A DNA stretch of 64,000 bases, taken from the NCBI GenBank assembly GCA_022843585.1, contig JALHNJ010000004.1:101869-165868 (forward strand), given 5' to 3'. The stretch comes from Chitinophagaceae bacterium (GTDB lineage Bacteria; Bacteroidota; Bacteroidia; Chitinophagales; Chitinophagaceae). Positions 10,170-19,439 of the stretch are shown piece after piece (within the stretch, counting starts at the first letter, position 1; every line of letters starts with the position of its first letter). The notes under the pieces were generated by a model, which was not told the DNA's origin, did not search any database, and worked only from the letters and a program-made list of their open reading frames with translations. Made by a program: the position numbers and the translations under genes.

Positions 10170-10188
10170 TCTCCCTTTAGGGAATAGG
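10170..10188. repeat. Intergenic motif, copy C (inverted relative to copy B)
   Basis: The sequence is TCTCCCTTTAGGGaatagg. Positions 10174-10182 (cctttaggg) are the exact reverse complement of 10073-10081 (ccctaaagg). Confidence 0.5.
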
Positions 10189-10280
10189 AAAAATTACACT
10201 AAGGAAATATTGCAGGGCACTACTTTTCCACAGTCCACTTAAGCTGTTCCCTGCCAGCACATAGGTTGTACCTTTACAAT

Positions 10281-10868
10281 ATGCCGAAGCAATTAAGCCA
10301 GATAATGTTTGATTTTTCTGCTCCTGAAGAGCAGGAAAATACTTCAGCACCGGTTCCTACCGTTATGGCCAATGAAGAAACAATTGATGTGATAGTGCAG
10401 GAAGAAGTAGTGGAAGTAAATGAGCCGGTTGTGGAAGAGAAAAAAGAAATACAAGAAGTTACTACTGGCCCCATAACAGGCAAGCGGGGGCGCCGTTCTT
10501 TAAAAGATATTGCACTGACTGCTGATCTAATAAAAATACCCGAAGACGAAATTCTTTTTCAAAAGCAATATTATTCAATTGGCCAGGTGGCAGAAATGTT
10601 CCGGGAAAATCAATCTCTGATACGTTATTGGGAAACCGAATTTGATATTCTGGAGCCGCGAAAAAATCGCAAAGGCGACCGATTTTTTAGACCGATTGAT
10701 ATAAAAAACCTGGTGCTTATCTACGATTTGCTGCGCCGCCGGAAGTTTACTATTGAAGGTGCTAAAGACTACCTGAAAAAGAATAAAAAGGCAGAAGAGA
10801 AATTTGTGGTAATCCAGAATTTGGAGAAAATAAAGGGATTTCTGCTTGAATTGAAAGCCAGCCTCTAA
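10281..10868 (+). CDS. MerR family transcriptional regulator with acidic N-terminal extension
   Basis: A helix-turn-helix segment (YYSIGQVAEMFRENQSLIRYWETEF) followed by RFFRPIDI, as in MerR-type HTH domains. The first ATG is at 10281; the track start at 10266 is a TTG. Confidence 0.8.
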   Translation: MPKQLSQIMFDFSAPEEQENTSAPVPTVMANEETIDVIVQEEVVEVNEPVVEEKKEIQEVTTGPITGKRGRRSLKDIALTADLIKIPEDEILFQKQYYSIGQVAEMFRENQSLIRYWETEFDILEPRKNRKGDRFFRPIDIKNLVLIYDLLRRRKFTIEGAKDYLKKNKKAEEKFVVIQNLEKIKGFLLELKASL

Positions 10869-10942
10869 CTATTGCAACTTTAACATTGCTTGTCTCATCC
10901 TTTCAGCCCTGACTGGTTATTTTTACGTTTACTTATTTTTAT

Positions 10943-11461
10943 ATGATGAAAAAATTAATACCTGTACTCATTTTAGCATTTGTCAGCAATTTTGTTTTTG
11001 CACAAAATCAATATGTGACCCTGGTTGAAAGGCCAAATGAAAAAACATATAAAGGAATTATATCGCAGGAAGTTTTGCTAGCCGACACTTCTTTTAAATG
11101 GTATGCAGAAAATCTGAAAGGTTATACTCCAAATAAAGCAGGACTAGAAGGACTTCAGAAAAATAAAGACTCTGTTCAATTACTTGTTTTTATGGGTACC
11201 TGGTGCGAAGACTCTCATGTAATTATTCCAAAGTTTTATTCGTTGCTGGAAGCCGCATCGTTTTCAAAAGAAAAAGTAACACTGATTGGTGTTGACAGAA
11301 GTAAAGTAACTCTCAGCCATCTTGCAGAAGCATTGAATATAAAAAGTGTGCCTACCATTATAATACTTAAAAATGGTAAAGAATTAGGTCGTGTAGTCGA
11401 GTACGGAAAATATGGACTGTTCGATATGGAGATGGGAGAAATTCTAAAAACAGCTAGTTAG
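10943..11461 (+). CDS. Thioredoxin-fold protein, secreted (CxxS variant)
   Basis: Signal peptide, a WCEDS motif in place of CxxC, and VPTIIILKNGKELGR, which is typical of thioredoxin-like proteins. Confidence 0.7.
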   Translation: MMKKLIPVLILAFVSNFVFAQNQYVTLVERPNEKTYKGIISQEVLLADTSFKWYAENLKGYTPNKAGLEGLQKNKDSVQLLVFMGTWCEDSHVIIPKFYSLLEAASFSKEKVTLIGVDRSKVTLSHLAEALNIKSVPTIIILKNGKELGRVVEYGKYGLFDMEMGEILKTAS

Positions 11462-12557
11462 ACTGTTTTTCATTGACGTTTGTGATTCGTATATCTGCAC
11501 TGGCTCCGGACAATTCAATTTCCAGTTGTTCTATTAATTGAAGCGATTGCAGGTTAATTTCCTGTTTTACAGTATTAAACTCTTTTATTGTTATTGGTGC
11601 AGTATAATAGTCCGATTGCAAGACTACTGCATTACTGGTAATTTCTGTAATAAATACATTCGCATCCTCAATTTCTTTTCTTTCTATCAATTTTTTTATT
11701 GCTGCAACTAGCAATTCAAGTTTTGCTGAATTTGTTTGCACTGATAATTCAAGCTTTAAATCTCCACGGCGTTGTGTTCTTAAAGATAAATTATCAAGCA
11801 CACTATCTACCATTTGCTTATTGGGTACGCTAACCAACGATTTATTATCGGTTCGGATTCTAGTGCTGCGCAGCCCAATTTTTTCTACAGTACCGCTTAC
11901 TTGCTGCACTTTTACTAAATCGCCTATCGTAAATGGCTTATCAAAAAAGATTATAAAAGAGGCAATCAGATTTTCCAAACTCTCCCGTAATGCCAATGCA
12001 ATAGCAGCACCCACAATGCTTAATCCGGTAATGAGACTGCCAACATTGAGGTTAAATGCATAATTCAACATCATCATTACACCTACTATTGAGATTACTA
12101 CTTTAAAAAAATCCCGGAAGAAAATAATAAGCTGGTCGTCAGAATGATCTGGAGTAAGGCTGGCTCTTTTTTCGAGTATACTGGCAATAAAATCAACAAT
12201 ACGCAGCAACAACCAAATAAAAGAAATGATCAAAACAATTGTAGCAATTGTATGAAGTACCTCCCTGACGGTGTACTTATAAATCTCCACATTAAGCTCT
12301 GCCGGAAAATTAAGTTTGTATAAACTGATGATCGAAATTAATATCAGCAGAAAAAAACCGAGTGGTTGAATAAGCAAGTTTGTGAAAGAAGCTTTATCAA
12401 TATTTTTCCAAATCTTATTTACCACCCGAAAAAGAAGACTGGCGAAATAGCGGGAAATTATCCGCTTCAATAAAATGATAAACAAAATAACACCCGCAAC
12501 GATGAGGTAGCTTTTAACTGTGTTGCCTAGCCATATTTGTTCCAGGAAATCATTCAT
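11454..12557 (-). CDS. Mechanosensitive ion channel (MscS family)
   Basis: Several N-terminal TM helices followed by the MscS beta-domain pattern (FDKPFTIGDLVKV..SGTVEKIGLRSTRIRT). The start is moved to the ATG at 12557 (MNDFLEQIW) to remove the 29-nt overlap with the upstream gene. Confidence 0.85.
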   Translation of the reverse strand: MNDFLEQIWLGNTVKSYLIVAGVILFIILLKRIISRYFASLLFRVVNKIWKNIDKASFTNLLIQPLGFFLLILISIISLYKLNFPAELNVEIYKYTVREVLHTIATIVLIISFIWLLLRIVDFIASILEKRASLTPDHSDDQLIIFFRDFFKVVISIVGVMMMLNYAFNLNVGSLITGLSIVGAAIALALRESLENLIASFIIFFDKPFTIGDLVKVQQVSGTVEKIGLRSTRIRTDNKSLVSVPNKQMVDSVLDNLSLRTQRRGDLKLELSVQTNSAKLELLVAAIKKLIERKEIEDANVFITEITSNAVVLQSDYYTAPITIKEFNTVKQEINLQSLQLIEQLEIELSGASADIRITNVNEKQSN

Positions 12558-12594
12558 GCAGTAAAAATATTGAATAATACTAAGTAAGGCAGTA

Positions 12595-13404
12595 TCAATG
12601 GATGGAATAAATATAAATTCCATCTTTCCTCAATGCATACAGCCGGGTAGAAGTGAAATTAAAACTGCTGCTCTTGTATATTTCTTCGGGCATACGCCAT
12701 TCATCAAAATTAAAGCTGGCAATTTCATAGCGGAATAATGTATCAGCCTTTGAGCCAAAAATGTATTTGCCTACGACTTTAAAATTTTTCCATTGCAGTA
12801 TTTGAATATTATTTCGCAATGCCCCAAAATAGTCGAATACATATACCCCTTTTGCTGAATCATAGAGATATACATATTTATTTTCATCAAATATTTTTAT
12901 TGGAGAGGGAGCCTGGCCCAGCAACAATCTAAAATCTGGTGTTTCCTGTAAAAGTTTTCCTTCTTCATCAATTTTCTTGAGTTTGCTTTCCAATTCATCA
13001 TACACCCATATTTTATTATCGTAGGATTGACCGATAGCTTTAGCCTGGAAAATGTTTTGCTTGCGCAGATCAATTATATTGACTGCATTTAAAAAACGAT
13101 CAAGCACCACCACTGTTGCAAAATCCCGGTAATACAATAATACCTTCAGTGGATTTGACACATCAATCAGCGAAGCTTTGCCGTAATTTTTTACATCATT
13201 AAAGACACCTACTGAATCGCCATTGGAGTTTAGCTTCTTTACCTGATTGCGACTGTTTAGTATGTAAATATTATCAAGGTTGTCAACCGTAAAGTCAACA
13301 ATATCTCCTGTAATTTTTTTTACAATTTTAAAAGTGGTGTCAGATTGTGCATTTACTGCACTAACAAACAACAGCAAACCTATTATCGTAATAATTCGCT
13401 TCAT
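12595..13404 (-). CDS. Secreted protein of unknown function (beta-rich)
   Basis: Clear signal peptide (IIGLLLFVSAVNAQ). It abuts lpxH with no gap on the same strand. I recognise no motif. Confidence 0.6.
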   Translation of the reverse strand: MKRIITIIGLLLFVSAVNAQSDTTFKIVKKITGDIVDFTVDNLDNIYILNSRNQVKKLNSNGDSVGVFNDVKNYGKASLIDVSNPLKVLLYYRDFATVVVLDRFLNAVNIIDLRKQNIFQAKAIGQSYDNKIWVYDELESKLKKIDEEGKLLQETPDFRLLLGQAPSPIKIFDENKYVYLYDSAKGVYVFDYFGALRNNIQILQWKNFKVVGKYIFGSKADTLFRYEIASFNFDEWRMPEEIYKSSSFNFTSTRLYALRKDGIYIYSIH

Positions 13405-14175
13405 TTAGTTTCTAATGATCTTATGGTTGTTTCCCTGGTATGATTTTAATTCGAGTTTCTTTCCATCAAACACGGTATAAGTAAAGTATCGTATCCAATC
13501 GCCCAGGTTAATATACCTGCTGCCGAAATCAAGACGATAATCTATGGGTAAATGTCTATGCCCAAATACAAAAAAGTCAAACTTTTTCTTTGCCAGCATT
13601 TCTTTGCAGTAAATAATCAACCATTCTTTCTCTTCGCCTAGGAAAATCTCTTCTGATACGCCTGTTTGCGCCCTGCTTCTGCGGCTCATATAATTGGCAA
13701 GTCCCATGCCGAATAAGGGCGGCAATATTCCAAACAGCCATTTGCTTAACGGGTGGCGAAAAATTTTTTTCAATCTTTTATATCCATGGTCGCCGGGGCC
13801 AAGCCCATCCCCATGCCCTATTAAAAAATGTTTGCCTGACCGTTCAAATTCCATCGGTTCAAAATAAACGGGAATGTTCAACTCTTTTTGAAAATAATCC
13901 CGCATCCACATATCATGATTGCCTACAAAAAAATGCATGGCAATTCCTGCATCAGATAGCTCTGCCAGTTTGCCTAAGAGTCTTACATATCCTTTTGGCA
14001 CCACCTTACGGTATTCATACCAAAAATCAAACATATCTCCTACTAGGAAAATTTCAGCCGCATCCTTTTTAATTTCATCGAGAAACTGTACCAGTATTTT
14101 TTCTCTTTCAAGGCTGCTGCTATGGTCGGGTGCACCAAGATGAAAATCTGAAAGAAAATATATTTTTTTACCCAC
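13405..14175 (-). CDS. lpxH: UDP-2,3-diacylglucosamine diphosphatase
   Basis: Calcineurin-like metallophosphoesterase motifs (FLSDFHLG, VGDMFDFW, GNHDMW, GHGD, GHRH). Size and layout match LpxH. Confidence 0.85.
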   Translation of the reverse strand: MGKKIYFLSDFHLGAPDHSSSLEREKILVQFLDEIKKDAAEIFLVGDMFDFWYEYRKVVPKGYVRLLGKLAELSDAGIAMHFFVGNHDMWMRDYFQKELNIPVYFEPMEFERSGKHFLIGHGDGLGPGDHGYKRLKKIFRHPLSKWLFGILPPLFGMGLANYMSRRSRAQTGVSEEIFLGEEKEWLIIYCKEMLAKKKFDFFVFGHRHLPIDYRLDFGSRYINLGDWIRYFTYTVFDGKKLELKSYQGNNHKIIRN

Positions 14176-14206
14176 TGGTTGTTTTTAAGAATCGTTTGGC
14201 TGTAAT

Positions 14207-14752
14207 TTATTTAGCGTATAATTTATAATTACCCTGCACAGCAGCATTACTGTTTTTATCCCAGATGCGGAAACTAACTGTGAATGATGTTAATGGTTTA
14301 ATTGCTGATGTCAAATTTATGGTTGCTGTTAATGCAATTGTTTTTGCATCAGTAGGCGATAAGCCAGTTGCACTTTTTTCAGCAAAAAGATCTGCTTCAT
14401 CCAATAACACCTGGCCATCTTGCACCGTAATTTTTTCGGAAGCACCGAGATATACTTTACCGTCAATTTCTTTCCATCCACTTTCGAATACGATAACCAT
14501 TTTAATAGGTTGGCTAAAGTCGACGATATTATCGTCCGGCACCCTTTCTCCATCTGCAAAAGCTAAGTAGGCTTTCTCAATTTTTAAATCAGTCGCATCC
14601 AGCTTGATCTCATTTCTGATACGGGCACCGCTTTTTGCATCTCTTACTGTATTCTTATCCTTATCACCAGCATCTCCCACCGAACAACTAAACTCACAAG
14701 ACTGAAGAAGCACCATTGAAGCAAGTAAAATGACTCCGGTAAAAAATCTCAT
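14207..14752 (-). CDS. Lipoprotein of unknown function
   Basis: Signal peptide with a lipobox-like LLQSC. The rest is beta-rich and I recognise no motif. Confidence 0.6.
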   Translation of the reverse strand: MRFFTGVILLASMVLLQSCEFSCSVGDAGDKDKNTVRDAKSGARIRNEIKLDATDLKIEKAYLAFADGERVPDDNIVDFSQPIKMVIVFESGWKEIDGKVYLGASEKITVQDGQVLLDEADLFAEKSATGLSPTDAKTIALTATINLTSAIKPLTSFTVSFRIWDKNSNAAVQGNYKLYAK

Positions 14753-14773
14753 ATGTTGGTTTTGGTTGGGTAT

Positions 14774-15196
14774 CTATTTTTTATTTAAATATTCCATCAT
14801 GTCACCCGAAGCAATCAAGGGTCGTCCACTAACATCGCCATTGAACCAATATATCCAGGCATGGGTTAATTGCCCGTTGATTTGTACTTCTGTTACTTCA
14901 CGCCGGTACAGTTGCACTTCATCCGGCTCCACAGTTACTCCTTCGTAATCATCCAACTGACCGATAGCCCAGGAAAATTCATGCTCGTTCTTTGCCTGGT
15001 ATAATTCGCCGATAATAAAACTACTTTCATTAGTGGCAACTCCTGCGGGGTAGGTTCCCATATCGAATAACTTGCCTCTTACTTTTGCTTCACCGATGAA
15101 CTTAAAGAAGCGGCTTATATATTCATACACCGGACTATGAAAACCACTGCGAAGTGAGCCATACACGAATAGCTGGTATACATTAGCATTTGTCAT
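14774..15196 (-). CDS. Gamma-glutamylcyclotransferase-like (AIG2/GGCT family) protein
   Basis: The YQLFVYGSLRSG motif is near the N-terminus when translation starts at the ATG at 15196 (MTNANVY). The 27 extra residues in the track ORF read through low-complexity upstream DNA. Confidence 0.75.
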   Translation of the reverse strand: MTNANVYQLFVYGSLRSGFHSPVYEYISRFFKFIGEAKVRGKLFDMGTYPAGVATNESSFIIGELYQAKNEHEFSWAIGQLDDYEGVTVEPDEVQLYRREVTEVQINGQLTHAWIYWFNGDVSGRPLIASGDMMEYLNKK

Positions 15197-15326
15197 GGTA
15201 TAAAGATAAGAAAAGAGGAGAGAGTTCGGAATTTGAAGTTCGGAGTTGGTACTCCGAGAATTGGAAATTTCTGCCAAGCAGGAACCTTAATTATTAGTTT
15301 CTATAGATTAATTTTTAATTAGAAAA

Positions 15327-15962
15327 CTATCCTTCTACTAAAAACAAGTACACTTCCTTCGGACCATGCACTCCTACCACCAATGTTTTTTCAATATCGG
15401 CTGTACGGCTGGGGCCTGTAGCAAATGTTATTAAGGAAGGAAGCTGGTTGCCATATTTTTCTTTGGCGGCTTGTAAAGCATCTTTCAAATCGTACACCAA
15501 CTGATTGGTATACGCAATACAAATATGAATGGGTGCATACACACTTACACTACGGCCACTAGCCTGTGCTGAGCTCATTACAATAGAGCCGGTACGGGCC
15601 ACTAAGTATTCACAGCCGGTAATTGAAACATCGCAATCAGCAAGTCCTGTTTTTACTAATCGTTCCGACAGTTGCTCTTCTACCGGTTCAATTAATTTAT
15701 CCTCCACACAAAATACTTTTTGCCAGTCTTGTTTTTTTATGAGACTGCTTAATTGAAAAGCAAATTCCTGGCGATTGATGCAGTAGATAAACTTGCCTTG
15801 CAGCTTTGTAAACTGTTCTGCAAATTCTACTTCAGCCTCTTGCTCCAATGGATGAAATACCGGCTGGCTACCTTCACTTTGTGGAAATGGCAAAGGCGTT
15901 GAGTGACTCAACGCCTTGCGTATTTTTTTCAGGATGTTTTCTTTTGACGGAGAAACACTCAT
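15327..15962 (-). CDS. LUD-domain protein (LutC/YkgG-like)
   Basis: Size and layout match LutC-type LUD proteins (ADCDVSITGCEYLVARTGS, FATGPSRTADIE). Its ATG overlaps the ftsH stop codon (TAATG at 15960-15964). Confidence 0.8.
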   Translation of the reverse strand: MSVSPSKENILKKIRKALSHSTPLPFPQSEGSQPVFHPLEQEAEVEFAEQFTKLQGKFIYCINRQEFAFQLSSLIKKQDWQKVFCVEDKLIEPVEEQLSERLVKTGLADCDVSITGCEYLVARTGSIVMSSAQASGRSVSVYAPIHICIAYTNQLVYDLKDALQAAKEKYGNQLPSLITFATGPSRTADIEKTLVVGVHGPKEVYLFLVEG

Positions 15963-18034
15963 TACAATGGTTTATTGGTAACATCACTATCATAAGGAGG
16001 AACTCCTGCAGATATTTCACCAGTCTCTCCAAGTAAGTCACCGGCTGGTTCTTCTACTAATGACTTCTTTTCTTCAAAAGGACGTTTGCCAATCAGGGCC
16101 TCTACATCACTCTGGAATAAAACTTCTCTTAGTAATAATTGATCAGCCAGTTTTTCTACATCACCTTTTTTATCTCTTAGTAATTGCTTAGTTTTTTCGT
16201 ACGCATCATCAATCAGTTTGCGAACTTCCTGGTCGATCATCTTTGCCGTTTCATCGGAGTATGGTTTGGTGAACGTGGTTTCCTGCTGAGGATCATAGAA
16301 ACTGATATTACCTACCTTATCATTCATACCATACACCGTAACCATTGCGTATGCAATTTTTGTGATCTGCTGCAGGTCATTTTGCGCACCGGTAGATATT
16401 TTATTAAAGAAAATTTCTTCAGCAGCTCTTCCACCCAATGTCATACATATCTGGTCGGTTAACTGATCAATATTGTATAAGTATTGTTCTTTCGGAGTGT
16501 ATTGCGCATAACCTAATGCTGCAGTTCCCCTTGGTACAATCGTAACTTTTAATAATGGATAGGCATGTTCCAGATACCAACCACAAACAGCATGACCAGC
16601 TTCGTGGTAGGCGATGATCTTCTTTTCCTCCGGAGAAATAATTTTATTCTTTTTCTCTAATCCACCAATCACTCTATCCACCGCATCCTGGAAATCTTGC
16701 ATATCAACTGCTTCTTTATTCTTACGGGCAGCAATCAATGCAGCTTCATTACAAACATTGGCAATATCAGCTCCGGCAAAGCCAGGAGTTTGTTCGGCCA
16801 GTTTATGAATATCCAGCGTTTTTGAGATTTTAATTGGCTTCAAATGCACTTTAAAAATTGCTTCACGACCAACTAGATCTGGTTTGTCGATTGTTATCTG
16901 CCTATCAAAACGACCCGGACGAAGTAATGCGGTATCCAATACATCAGGACGGTTAGTAGCTGCCAATACAATAATACCTACATCTGTACCGAAGCCATCC
17001 ATCTCCACCAATAATTGGTTCAATGTACTTTCTCTTTCATCATTACTCATCATGGCATTCTTTCCTCTTGCACGGCCAATCGCATCAATCTCATCAATAA
17101 ATATTATACATGGAGCTTTTTCTCTTGCTTGTTTAAATAAATCTCTTACACGGCTTGCACCTACCCCTACAAACATTTCAACAAAGTCAGACCCACTTAA
17201 GCTAAAGAAAGGAACCTGTGCTTCACCTGCCACTGCTTTTGCAAGCAATGTTTTACCAGTACCCGGAGGACCAATCAACAAAGCACCTTTTGGAATTTTA
17301 CCTCCCAGGTTAGTGTACTTCTTTGGATTTTTTAAAAAGTCAACTATTTCCATCACTTCCACTTTCGCTTCATCCAATCCAGCTACATCAGCAAAGGTGA
17401 TATTGACTTTTGTTCCTTTATCGAATAATGTTGCTTTTGATTTTCCAATATTGAAAATACCACCGGGACCACCGCCACCACCTGCACCACCACTCATTTT
17501 TCTCATGAGTAGAATCCAAAGACCTACAAATAATAAAACGGGTAATAAGAATTGAAGTATACCTCCGAAAATATCTCTTTCATTTTCAATATCAGAAGGA
17601 ACTTCTTTTACAGTAGGATTTACTTTCAGGAATTCACTGATCTCTTTTTGAAAAGCCTCACCAGTAGTAATTTTAAAAGACATATGAGGGCCTTTCTCTG
17701 TAACCTTACCTGCTTTTTTTAATTGTGCCTGGTATTTTTTCTGAGCTGAATCGGTCAGGTAAACTTTTACGGTCTTCCGGTTATCGATGATAGTGTATTT
17801 AGCTACCTCTCCATTGGCCAGCATGTTTCTAAACTCCATGGATGAAGTTTTTGCCATTGTTGGAGAAAATGGACCAAATAACTGGAAGCCGATAAGGACA
17901 GCAAAAATTATTGCATAGATCCAGTAGATGCTAAAGCGGGGGCCTTTCTTAGGTTGATTAGGATCGTCTCCACCAGAGGGAGGCTTGCTACCAAATCGGG
18001 GGTTCTTGTTATCTCTATTTGTATTATCTGACAT
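15962..18034 (-). CDS. ftsH: ATP-dependent zinc metalloprotease FtsH
   Basis: Two N-terminal TM helices, AAA+ Walker A (GPPGTGKT) and Walker B (IIFIDEIDA), the SRH, and HEAGHA zinc motif. Confidence 0.97.
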   Translation of the reverse strand: MSDNTNRDNKNPRFGSKPPSGGDDPNQPKKGPRFSIYWIYAIIFAVLIGFQLFGPFSPTMAKTSSMEFRNMLANGEVAKYTIIDNRKTVKVYLTDSAQKKYQAQLKKAGKVTEKGPHMSFKITTGEAFQKEISEFLKVNPTVKEVPSDIENERDIFGGILQFLLPVLLFVGLWILLMRKMSGGAGGGGGPGGIFNIGKSKATLFDKGTKVNITFADVAGLDEAKVEVMEIVDFLKNPKKYTNLGGKIPKGALLIGPPGTGKTLLAKAVAGEAQVPFFSLSGSDFVEMFVGVGASRVRDLFKQAREKAPCIIFIDEIDAIGRARGKNAMMSNDERESTLNQLLVEMDGFGTDVGIIVLAATNRPDVLDTALLRPGRFDRQITIDKPDLVGREAIFKVHLKPIKISKTLDIHKLAEQTPGFAGADIANVCNEAALIAARKNKEAVDMQDFQDAVDRVIGGLEKKNKIISPEEKKIIAYHEAGHAVCGWYLEHAYPLLKVTIVPRGTAALGYAQYTPKEQYLYNIDQLTDQICMTLGGRAAEEIFFNKISTGAQNDLQQITKIAYAMVTVYGMNDKVGNISFYDPQQETTFTKPYSDETAKMIDQEVRKLIDDAYEKTKQLLRDKKGDVEKLADQLLLREVLFQSDVEALIGKRPFEEKKSLVEEPAGDLLGETGEISAGVPPYDSDVTNKPL

Positions 18035-18103
18035 ATTATTCGCTGTATTCCTCTAATTAATAATTATTATTCCAAAAAGTTCTTACCGGGGAAATATTTA
18101 ACA

Positions 18104-18508
18104 TTACTCTTCATGTTCCGACGCTGCCGCATCACTCCACATTTCTTCCAGTTTATAAAACTTACGGGTTTCAGTTTGCATTACATGTACCACCACATTT
18201 ACATAATCAATAATTACCCATTGCAATGATTGATGTCCTTCATGATGGTAAGGATTTTCATCACAAGCTTCTTTAACCCTATACTCCACATTATCTGCAA
18301 TAGCTTTTACCTGCGGCTGGTTGCTTGCTTCACATACTATAAAAAAATCAGCAACAGCTTCATTGATTTTACGGAGATCAAGAGAAATAATATTTTCACC
18401 CTTTTTCTCCTGTATTGCGGCAATAATGGTTTTGATGATTTTTGAGCTCTTCGTTAACCGGGTTGCACTCTTTATCTTGCGGTTGGTCAGTGATACCAAT
18501 TGTTTCAA
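18104..18508 (-). CDS. rsfS: Ribosome silencing factor RsfS
   Basis: The DFFIVCEA..QV.AI motif, the WVIIDYVNVVVHVM..E.R.FY.LE..W pattern, and its position immediately upstream of ftsH. The predicted start is a TTG and is uncertain. Confidence 0.85.
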   Translation of the reverse strand: MKQLVSLTNRKIKSATRLTKSSKIIKTIIAAIQEKKGENIISLDLRKINEAVADFFIVCEASNQPQVKAIADNVEYRVKEACDENPYHHEGHQSLQWVIIDYVNVVVHVMQTETRKFYKLEEMWSDAAASEHEE

Positions 18509-18635
18509 ATAAAATTATTTTTGTTAAGTAGTGAATGTTTCTGGTTGGGTTCTATATTATTATTTGAGGGTTTAAAACGATAAACAATAACCTCCAAACC
18601 ATAAACTTTGTTTCTTTGTCAAAAATAGCAATTAA

Positions 18636-19439
18636 TTGCCACAACCTCCTGTCATACCCCCTCTTGAATCATCATTTATTGAACTCCAATCGGTTGACAG
18701 CACCAACAACTATGCCCGCCAGCAAATTCATGCTGGTTTGGCACAGCATGGTATGGCCTGGTTTGCCCACGAACAAGTGGCAGGAAAAGGTCAGCGGGGA
18801 AAGATCTGGCAATCGGAAAAAAATTCTACTATATCGCTCAGCATTGTTATAAAGCCGGGTTTGTTATCTCTTCAAATAGCCGATCAATTTCAACTAAGTG
18901 CTTGTGTGGCAGTGGCTGTGCATGATTTTTTTACAAAATATGCTGGTGATGATACAAAAATAAAATGGCCTAATGACCTGTACTGGCAGGACAGAAAGGC
19001 AGGGGGAATTCTAATTGAATCGATAGTCAGAGGTCAGGAGCTGGGGCTCGTAGATAATCAGTCAGAATCTTCAGGTTGGAGTTGGGCTATTATTGGAATT
19101 GGAATTAATATAACGCAGGCCTATTTTTCTCCGCATCTGCCAAACCCTGTTTCGTTAAAGCAGATTACTGGCAAAAGTTTGAAGCCAGTGCTGCTCGCAA
19201 AGGAACTTCATAAAATATTGCTGGAAAAGCTTGCTGAATTATCCGCCAAAGGTTTTGAAAATATCTATGCGCAATACTTACAGCATTTATATAAAAGAAA
19301 TGAAATAGTGAAATTGAAAAAAGACAACCGGGTATTTGAAGCAAGAATAAAAACTATTTCACGGTTGGGAAAATTGGTTGTTGAACATGCGTTAGATGAA
19401 GAATTTGATTTTGGAGAAGTAGAATGGCTTTTTAGATAA
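18636..19439 (+). CDS. birA: Biotin--[acetyl-CoA-carboxylase] ligase
   Basis: L.SVDSTNNYA, Q.AGKGQRGK.W and KWPNDLYW..RKAGGILIE motifs of the BPL catalytic domain. There is no N-terminal HTH domain. The predicted start is a TTG. Confidence 0.85.
   Translation: MPQPPVIPPLESSFIELQSVDSTNNYARQQIHAGLAQHGMAWFAHEQVAGKGQRGKIWQSEKNSTISLSIVIKPGLLSLQIADQFQLSACVAVAVHDFFTKYAGDDTKIKWPNDLYWQDRKAGGILIESIVRGQELGLVDNQSESSGWSWAIIGIGINITQAYFSPHLPNPVSLKQITGKSLKPVLLAKELHKILLEKLAELSAKGFENIYAQYLQHLYKRNEIVKLKKDNRVFEARIKTISRLGKLVVEHALDEEFDFGEVEWLFR

Noticed and set aside
14755-14767. The exact 13-mer GTTGGTTTTGGTT is shared by two intergenic sites (14755-14767 and 25898-25910), and other GGTT-rich leaders occur at 8775 and 18545.
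   Set aside because: A rough calculation for a 64-kb AT-rich sequence read on both strands predicts on the order of a hundred identical 13-mer pairs by chance. The similarity does not extend beyond the 13-mer, so I treat it as compositional (A/C-rich leaders on the - strand).
15240-15257. A 7-bp hairpin (tcggagt-tggt-actccga) between lutC and the GGCT-like gene, considered as the terminator of the ftsH-lutC operon.
   Set aside because: No U-tract follows it on the - strand. It is embedded in a low-complexity ttcggaatt-like stretch, so calling it a terminator would be over-interpretation.
16884-17555. A 223-aa + strand ORF, plus other long track ORFs lying antisense to strong genes: 1495..1878, 4103..4594, 6325..6687, 23358..23891, 31146..31742, 35362..35706, 41660..42079, 56910..57392 and 58069..58692.
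   Set aside because: Each lies wholly inside, and antisense to, a gene with unmistakable conserved motifs (ftsH, the TlpA-like gene, the PDZ gene, alaS, carB, purH, lutB, ssb, holB, PSP1). Their translations are low-complexity Ser/Pro/Leu/Phe-rich strings typical of shadow frames.
17931-17941. The 11-mer CTAAAGCGGGG inside ftsH is identical to part of intergenic motif copy A, and CCTTTGGGGT at about 21991-22000 inside the M23 gene resembles copy D.
   Set aside because: Both lie in frame within well-conserved coding sequence (…GPRFSI… and …AYPKGYF…) and lack the flanking parts of the intergenic motif. They are probably coincidental and are not counted as motif copies.
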